DNA of 17,974 bases, from the NCBI GenBank assembly GCA_030141605.1, contig JAQGDQ010001197.1, forward strand, positions 38,072 to 56,045. Reading direction: 5' to 3'. Origin of the DNA: Tubiluchus corallicola (taxonomy: Eukaryota; Animalia; Priapulida). A program made the translations under genes and the position numbers. The notes beneath the pieces were generated by a model that saw only the letters and a program-made list of their open reading frames with translations, ran no database searches and was not told the DNA's origin. Positions 1 through 7,118 of the stretch are shown in pieces (positions within the stretch are counted from its first letter, which is position 1; each line of letters opens with the position of its first letter).

Positions 1-143
1 TACAACGGGCAATTGCTAGAACTAGTACTAGACATCCATACACACAAACCTTTTGTACTTTGTCATACTATTATTTCATTGCCCAGTGTGGATTGCGCAG
101 TTTGTAAAATCTCATGAGGCATCAGTCGAACAATCTGCATTTA

Positions 144-586
144 CCGTATTTTCCCGTGTATAAGAGACCCTTGTGTATAAGAGACCCCTTCAATTTTTAG
201 GCAAAAATTCTGGAAAAAAGTTTTTTCAGACGGACATTTTTAGAGGGTAAAGTACAACTTTTTTCAACTCAGTGCGGTACTGAAAACAAAATAAAACCAG
301 TTAATGTGTTGTAGAAAAAGAGTACTGGTATATATTAAAGTGCGTACCTGCAAACCTGTAACAGGAAAGGAGATAATGTCTGTGTCACGATGCTTGTATT
401 GCTTACAACCGCTTCATAGTCGAACGCGACACGCAAAACAGTTGTAGAGCACTTATTTCTTTAAAATCATTAGTGTCACAATTTATGCATCTTATTGAAA
501 AGACTTACTCCCATGTATAAGAGACCCCCTATTTTTAAAGTGAAAATTCTGAGCAAAAAAGGGTCTCTTATACACGGGAAAATACT
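144..586. mobile_element. Non-autonomous Tc1/mariner-superfamily MITE (Tc2/pogo-like CCGTA terminus)
   Basis: Perfect 27-bp inverted repeat GTATTTTCCCGTGTATAAGAGACCCTT at 146-172 and 559-585. Left end reads TA|CCGTA (TA at 142-143); right end is degenerate and followed by TA at 587-588. The motif TGTATAAGAGACCC occurs at 157, 174, 514 and, reversed, at 561. No transposase ORF. Confidence 0.85.
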
Positions 587-714
587 TAGTCAAGCGGGAT
601 CCTGCAATTTCCCAGTAAGTAGTGGGATTAATCAAGGGCTATTCTTCAATCACACACATCATAAAATACTTACACATAATGAAGTTACACATCACCACAC
701 AAATGTACACATAA

Positions 715-900
715 GACGCGAAGGTCAATGGTAGCATGCTCGCTTCCCACTCGGGAAGGTCGTGGGTTCAACTGCTTACGGAGTGACATCAAAGACTTAA
801 AAAAGGGTACCGCTGGTGCCAGTTTATTGAAGAACATGCGGATTATTACAGGACCGTCTAGAAACAGGATGTCCAATACGCAATTATTATTGTTATTAAT
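715..900 (+). mobile_element. Decayed tRNA(Gly-CCC-like)-derived SINE
   Basis: A-box-like GGTCAATGGTAG (723-) and B-box-like GGTTCAACTGC (765-775). The intervening CTCGCTTCCCACTCGGGA resembles the tRNA-Gly(CCC) anticodon arm. No intact acceptor stem. It is followed by CAAAGACTTAAAAAAGGGTACC and a degenerate TTA tail near 882-900. The 3' limit is uncertain. Confidence 0.55.
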
Positions 901-1018
901 GTACGCCATATTTCCATGAATATCTGTCGCAAGCCAAGTCTTTAGACTTTAGGTAATTGTACCATAGTGATTGTATAATTAAATAAATAATGTCTATTGT
1001 AATACTCGTAAAACAGGC

Positions 1019-1386
1019 AAAAAAGTCCAAAACCTGCTGCGCTGATGGCCGAAGTTACAAAAAGATCTTTTTCTTTTTTGCGCATTTATCGTGAATATAA
1101 TAGATTCAAACAATGGCCACTCATTAAGTTCTATCTACTTTGAATTTGAAAAAATTAATCTTTGTATTTTTCTTACACACCATAATAACACAACAACTTA
1201 TTTCATATTCTGTGTGATTTTGTATAATTCCTGTTTGCCACTACTCAAAATTATAGCCTCATATTAATGAATGATAGTTGAAAAAAGTACAAAACCTGGT
1301 GTACTGAAGGCTGACGCAACAAATTCCATTTTTCTTGTGTGGATTTGCGTATATATGACAGATTTAAACAAAGACTACTCATAAAG
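1019..1386. repeat. Diverged ~110-bp direct repeat pair (1019-1128 and 1281-1386)
   Basis: AAAAAAGTCCAAAACCTGCTGCGCTGATGGCCGA...AGATTCAAACAATGGCCACTCATTAAG versus AAAAAAGTACAAAACCTGGTGTACTGAAGGCTGA...AGATTTAAACAAAGACTACTCATAAAG; roughly 70% identity by eye. Confidence 0.7.
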
Positions 1387-1555
1387 GACCCTTTCCTAAT
1401 CATCATTTCATAATTAAAAGAAAATACAAACCTACGTATAGCTATGGTAAAACTGTTAGCAGATATAAGCCGAAACTTATTAATGTGTTTGTGAAATTTA
1501 AGTGCATTTTTTAAACTTAATGACGTATGAACAATTTACACTTATGCAAAGTTTT

Positions 1556-3853
1556 TTAATCGCCATATCTTACGAGAGATTTAGATGATTTAGATCTTGC
1601 ATTTATGGGTGTAACAGACAAAGTAGACACTGGTGCATTGGCATCAGTTGATCTCGGTTCATTGGTTGACACCGTGGCAATAGCTTCACCTTCATTATTC
1701 CTTTCACGTCTGCGTTGCTTGTACAAGAGGTACCCCGTAATTATGTTACTGATAGTAAAAAGCAATAGCATAATTACAAGTGCTAGTAACTTTTTGTTGA
1801 GTTGTAGTGATCCTTTCGCCCTGATCTGATAGATAACACTTGAACAAACGCCACTGCATCCTGTCACAGGGCAACACTCTGAATCTGCGCCACAATCGCT
1901 GTCCAGCTTGCAAGCAGGTGTAGGACATTCTTGGTTCACAAATGCATCCTTTTCAGGGCACTTGAGCTTTGCAGTGCCTTCTTCACAATTCTCACCACTG
2001 GTTCCAGGCAGGCATTTGCACTCAAACGAGTTTAGCTGATCTACACACGTGCCACCTTTCTTGCATGGTTCTGATGCGCACTCGTTCACATTCATTTCGC
2101 ACTTGTTTCCAGTGTAACCACCTTTGCAGTCGCACGCAATTTCAATGGCATCAAAGGATCCTGTTTTCTTTAAAAAACAAGTTGCTCCATTTTCGCAGGG
2201 ATTCGGCTCGCACACGTTTTCCTCGCAGTTTGTCCCTTGAAACGTTCCAATGCAATCGCAACTGTATTCCTTTTCTTCAAGAATGCAAATGCCGCCATTT
2301 TTGCAAGGATTTGGTTCACACACGTTAACGATCTGCTCGCATTCTTCTCCAGTATATTCTGGCGGGCAGTCACATCGAAAGTAATGGCCGTAGTCCTGAC
2401 ATGTGCCACCATTGCGACACGGGTTTGGTTTGCATGCTTCGAATTTGTTGCAATGAACTCCAGTGCGTAGAGGAGGACAGACACATCTGTAACTATTAGT
2501 CTCGTCGATGCACGTGGCATTTTCAAAGCAGGGATGGGTATCACACTCATTTATGTCAATCGTGCATTGAGGTCCTGTAAAACCAGCCCGACACGAGCAT
2601 GTGTATTTGTTAATCAGGTTAACGCACGTGGCATTATTCTGACACGGGTTGGAGGTACACTCATCGTTGTCTTTTTGACAAAATGTCCCTGTGTATGCAG
2701 GAAGACAACTACATTGGAAATAATTACCATAGTCAATGCAGGTGCCACCATTGTAGCATGGATCCGGTTTACACTTATTAATTGACTTACAATAATCTCC
2801 ATAGTAAGGGTCAACACACTGGCAGAACCAATCGTTAACCAAGTCCACGCATGTGCCGTTATTAAAACAGAAATTGTCCTGACAATCGTTGATGTTAATT
2901 TCACAATTGGTTCCGTTAAAACCACTTTGGCAATCGCAATCATATGTACCTATACCATCTAAGCACGTGCCATTATTGTGGCAAACAACGTTTGCGCAAT
3001 CGTCTATACTTTCTGCGCAGAATTCACCCGTGTATCCTGGTGTGCATATGCAATCGAAGGAATTGTGCCCATCAACGCATTGTGCATTGTTTCGACACGG
3101 AATAGCTAAACACTCGTCTATTCCTACATCGCAGTACATACCAGTAAATCCTGTCGGGCACGAACAACCGAACGAATCACCATAATCTGTGCAAACCTGG
3201 GAATACTGACACGGTCGTGAAAAGCAATCATCAAATTCATTCTCACAGTGGAGTCCGTGGTACTTTGGTGGACAGTTGCATATGGCATAGTTTTCCAAAA
3301 TGCCACTTCCAAGTTTGGAGCACGTGCCAGACTGGCATATCACATTTTGGCATTCTGCAGGAATATACACGTCCTGTATGGTTAACTCGAAGCCTGAATG
3401 GATGGAACGCTTACCATCAGTAATTAAACTGATATTAATAGTGTTGTACTCCATTTCAGGTACCAAATAGCGCAAACCTATGGAGGATTCGTTGCATATC
3501 GGGTCCCAATTGCTGACTGTTCCATCAGCATGCCCCACTACAATCTGAAGGTGGTCCTTCGGGCAATCCAGAAAGACATTTCTAACACCGATAGCAATTG
3601 TCAGGTTAGGGTTAGATGGTTGAATGATGACCATCATTGGGCCTGAAATTAAGGTGCCTTTTGTATTATCATAATCCTCAGGGTAACTGACTATGGAGTA
3701 GTTTGTGTTAGTTCGCAAGTTATAACCCCAACCAGAAGAGTTGCTGGACAATAACTGTATGTCGCTGAAAGCAGTTTTTCTACCACTGGTGATCTGCCAG
3801 CAATGCATGTAGAAGAAGAAAACTTGCAGAAGGAGATCGTAAATAGATGGCAT
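1556..3853 (-). CDS. Type-I membrane protein, 765 aa: signal peptide, degenerate CUB, 12 EGF/cbEGF repeats, WAP four-disulfide core, TM, short cytoplasmic tail (fibropellin/Notch-like EGF array)
   Basis: Uninterrupted ORF from ATG at 3853 (MPSIYDLLLQVFFFYMHCWQITSG). CUB-like region ~3370-3700 (DCPKDHLQI, IC, LITDG..IHSGFEL). Twelve 6-Cys EGF repeats at 1985-3352. Eight-Cys WAP motif CP..C..C..DSDC..ECC..GC..C at 1844-1960. TM LLALVIMLLLFTISNIITGYLLY at 1721-1789, followed by the basic KQRRRER. Confidence 0.93.
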   Translation of the reverse strand: MPSIYDLLLQVFFFYMHCWQITSGRKTAFSDIQLLSSNSSGWGYNLRTNTNYSIVSYPEDYDNTKGTLISGPMMVIIQPSNPNLTIAIGVRNVFLDCPKDHLQIVVGHADGTVSNWDPICNESSIGLRYLVPEMEYNTINISLITDGKRSIHSGFELTIQDVYIPAECQNVICQSGTCSKLGSGILENYAICNCPPKYHGLHCENEFDDCFSRPCQYSQVCTDYGDSFGCSCPTGFTGMYCDVGIDECLAIPCRNNAQCVDGHNSFDCICTPGYTGEFCAESIDDCANVVCHNNGTCLDGIGTYDCDCQSGFNGTNCEININDCQDNFCFNNGTCVDLVNDWFCQCVDPYYGDYCKSINKCKPDPCYNGGTCIDYGNYFQCSCLPAYTGTFCQKDNDECTSNPCQNNATCVNLINKYTCSCRAGFTGPQCTIDINECDTHPCFENATCIDETNSYRCVCPPLRTGVHCNKFEACKPNPCRNGGTCQDYGHYFRCDCPPEYTGEECEQIVNVCEPNPCKNGGICILEEKEYSCDCIGTFQGTNCEENVCEPNPCENGATCFLKKTGSFDAIEIACDCKGGYTGNKCEMNVNECASEPCKKGGTCVDQLNSFECKCLPGTSGENCEEGTAKLKCPEKDAFVNQECPTPACKLDSDCGADSECCPVTGCSGVCSSVIYQIRAKGSLQLNKKLLALVIMLLLFTISNIITGYLLYKQRRRERNNEGEAIATVSTNEPRSTDANAPVSTLSVTPINARSKSSKSLVRYGD

Positions 3854-4025
3854 TGCCTTCAAAAGTTGCTTTTGGGTTTTTTAGACTTAGGTTTTTAGAC
3901 TTAGAATATTTTTAATATTGTCGTGTGTTATTTTTTTCTTTTTGACGTGTAATTTGACAGCGTCACACACCTTTTTTGTGGCATAACGGAAAGGCGATTT
4001 CCAACCACATCTCTCTGATTGTTTT

Positions 4026-4474
4026 CTGAAAACAGACAACAGTTTACCAAATTGCGTCAACAATTACAAAATGATGACATATTATGTTGACCAGCTAGAC
4101 CTGTAGGCTACAGAAACCTACGAAAGTAGTACTTTTTAATGCAGAAAAACAAACACACCATTGAAAGGAACAACTTAGAAAAGGAACTTTCTCGGTTACA
4201 TTGAAACTGACTATTTCTAGTGATCTGCGTTTTCTTTTGACTGCTCTTCTAGTAACGTACCAAAAACCACAATGCTATTTAGTTGTTTGGAGCCGGACTG
4301 ATATGTAATTAGTTGTACCTAATTAGGCCTTCGTTAAATAATAATAATTGCGGTTTCTTTACTGTTAGCGCGTTACTGGAACAAAATTTCAATTATCGTG
4401 TTCTTTGAAAAAAAGTAGGTCTACTAGCACCGAAGAACGCTAATGAATTACAGCTGTAAGATTGCAAAGCTTAC
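4026..4474 (-). other. Predicted 5'UTR intron of the CUB-EGF-WAP gene
   Basis: Minus-strand donor AAG|GTAAGC at 4474 and acceptor GTTGTCTGTTTTCAG| at 4026. Motif-based prediction only. Confidence 0.45.
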
Positions 4475-4503
4475 CTTCCTTTTTGATAAAGTCGTTCAGC
4501 ACT

Positions 4504-4574
4504 AACTAAATTTGCGTCTTATTGCCACGGTAATTAAGATAGCCACGTGACGCCAATTGCTGTATGGATGACGT
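4504..4574 (-). promoter_or_regulatory. Candidate promoter of the CUB-EGF-WAP gene
   Basis: Inr-like TTAGTT (minus, 4504-4509), USF/TFE-type E-box GTCACGTGG (minus, 4543-4551), CCAAT (4553-4557) and CRE-like TGACGT (4569-4574), clustered just upstream of the predicted donor. Confidence 0.4.
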
Positions 4575-5356
4575 TACCATTCCTGTGATGCCGTTTTCCT
4601 TACAACGCAGTTCGTAATTGACTTGTTTTGTGTAGGAGCAGTGAGTTATGTATGACTAAAAAGCAATTTCTTATAAAGAAAAAGTAAGTTATGAAATTTG
4701 TGGTTATCTCAGTTTTAAAGAAGGTTGCTAATTTCCCGAACTACAACAGAAAATACACGTCTTTTATAGGTAACATTTCTGCTGTGAGGTTAAATTTTTG
4801 AATTATAAGGTTTCTTTTACCGTGATGGAAAAATGTACTTCGCTAAAGACAGCTAGTGAATTTATAAAGAAAATACATCTAAAACGAAAGACCAGTGTAA
4901 GTTGATATCTCTTTATAATATAAAACTATGCAGATAGCAATACTGACAGTTTATAGCCATTATAAACAAGAAAATATAGTATATAATCTACTGTAATAAC
5001 CAGAAGGCTGGTATATAAGCGTATGTAACTGAATGTAGACCTACATTTATTTACAAAATATGTCCTTTATCGTTTATAATAATCTACTTTTTATATAACC
5101 TTATTTTTCCTTTTGTTTGAATTTTGCATTATATACTGTTGTAGATATAGGCCTATACTTTTTTCTAGATTGAAGGTTTTCAAGTGTTGTAAGCTACCAG
5201 TTGAAATTAGAACTTGTATTTAAGGTAAAGGTTATAAGTGTTTTATAGATTTTCTTCGTGATTTGTAGACAGTTTCAGTGCTTTTGTGTGAATTTTGCAC
5301 AGTGGCATTGGAAAAAATTAACTAAACAGCAATTAATAATAAATAGGGGTCTGTTT

Positions 5357-5577
<221 letters not shown>

Positions 5578-6559
5578 TGTGACGCTCAGGCTTATTTTAG
5601 GCCAGGTTATGTAACTAGTTCCTACTATTATAATTCTACCATTTATTATTTTCAATTTTTTATAAAAGAAGTTTAGTTAAACTGTTTAATGATATAATGA
5701 CAGAAGCCAACCTGTTCTGAAATCAGATTTCACCTGTACATTCAATGATACTGTTTATGCATTACTACTATATCATGTGATTGAAGCCACATAGACGAAA
5801 TTTTGGCTGTTCAGTTCGCCCAGGTATTCCGCTTTAAGTTGTCGAGTTAAGCGGACGTTCACATGTCATAAAATGATGGGTTAGTAGTAATAGTGCTTGC
5901 TTGTAGAAAAGCGATCTGTCTACCTGGTTACGACAGAGACGATAGTTGCATTCTAGCGATGATACTTACCTATTGCTGATTATATTTTCCTGACGCTGAT
6001 GATACATCACTTACCAGTTGTCGATGATATCTGCTGCTGATGATACTTACTCGTATTTACCTGACGTTGATGATACTGTCGTTGGTGCGGGATGCTGTGA
6101 TTACAAAATTGGTAATCCTTACCTTGCGACGAGTGCAGGAGCTTGGATGCTACCCCATTTTGGCGTCGTATTAGTGGAGGCGTGTACATCAGGAGTCGTC
6201 AAAGTTTGGAGACGTCGTTCACGTAGTGTAGTCAACCGTTCTATGGTGCACCATTCCTCGATCAAGCCCCTGGTGAGGAGATGACGCGGAATGGGAGCAG
6301 GAGAATGGTCGCTTGATGATGCCAAGACTGCACTGGTGAAAAGCATTACGTTGTTCTTTCTCTTCTTAGCCGGCTTAATCTTTATTATTAACATTTGTCT
6401 TGTAATGTATTTTGGGATATTAATTAAATTGTATTATTTTATTAATTCAGTGGTTTCTTCTCAGTGTTTTCGACTAAGTACTTTATTCTTTACCTAAGGG
6501 TTACACTTAAGTCACGAACCACATATTTACAATAACGGAACTTAGACTACATCGTCACA
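5578..6559 (+). repeat. 5' LTR (982 bp)
   Basis: TG...CA ends with a 7-bp terminal inverted repeat; direct repeat of 11854-12854. Candidate TATAAAAG at 5661 and ATTAAA at 6423. Confidence 0.97.
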
Positions 6560-6562
6560 TTA

Positions 6563-6580
6563 TGGTGTCAGAAGTGGGAT
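6563..6580 (+). promoter_or_regulatory. Primer binding site complementary to the tRNA-Leu 3' end
   Basis: TGGTGTCAGAAGTGGGAT, 3 nt after the LTR, is the reverse complement of ATCCCACTTCTGACACCA, the 3' 18 nt of metazoan tRNA-Leu (CAA/CAG type). Confidence 0.92.
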
Positions 6581-7118
6581 TTTTGACTTTATTTGGTGTA
6601 ACTCGGTAGGAATAAAATTCTTTGTCAGCATTTTGAGAATTTAATGATATTTACTTTCAGGTAATTAGTTACATAGCTAATTTTCTGGGGGAATCTTTGG
6701 GCAAAGGCATATCGAAAGAACATAGCATCTTCCGTTGAGTGACTTTATTGATTACTCAGTTGAATGTGTTTTGTCTATTATTTAAATAGGTTTCCTGCAG
6801 ATTTCGTAAACGCTATAATTCCAGGTGTATGCCGACTTGAATGCCGATTTGTCCTTGATTACACTGTAAACGTTTTAAGTGCTAGTGAAACCGTTATTTC
6901 GTTGCAGGCTAGTCAAAAGTCTTGGCCTAGATTTTGTATATTCCTAGTTTGCTACTTTGTTTGATTTGCACGTACATTACCCTACTATACAGTATTTTTG
7001 TATGTTTGTATGCGTTGAGCCAGTGTGTGTCAGGTGAACGATAGATCTATAAATATTCTGCAAGCATAAAGTTTTTTCACTGTAACTACTATTTGTCCTA
7101 TATTATCCTGTGATTAGA

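Noticed and set aside
715-780. Functional tRNA-Gly gene
   Set aside because: Acceptor and T stems do not pair and the B box is degenerate; better explained as a SINE head.
1605-3423. Short ORFs overlapping the EGF gene on both strands
   Set aside because: Shadow frames of the real CDS.
1556-3853. Calling the gene Notch, Delta/Serrate, Crumbs or fibropellin
   Set aside because: It lacks LNR/ANK, DSL, laminin-G and avidin domains; only the EGF array is similar.
3854-3862. TTG start of the ORF track (and GTG at 7110)
   Set aside because: The context is eukaryotic, and in-frame ATGs at 3853 and 7119 are three codons downstream.
941-3905. TTTAGACTT(T)AGG on both sides of the EGF gene as a retrogene TSD
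   Set aside because: Imperfect, low complexity, tandemly repeated at 3880-3905, and no adjacent poly(A) remnant.
5958-6076. CRISPR-like repeat-spacer array
   Set aside because: The repeats are only ~8 bp, irregularly spaced, inside a eukaryotic LTR, and there are no cas genes.
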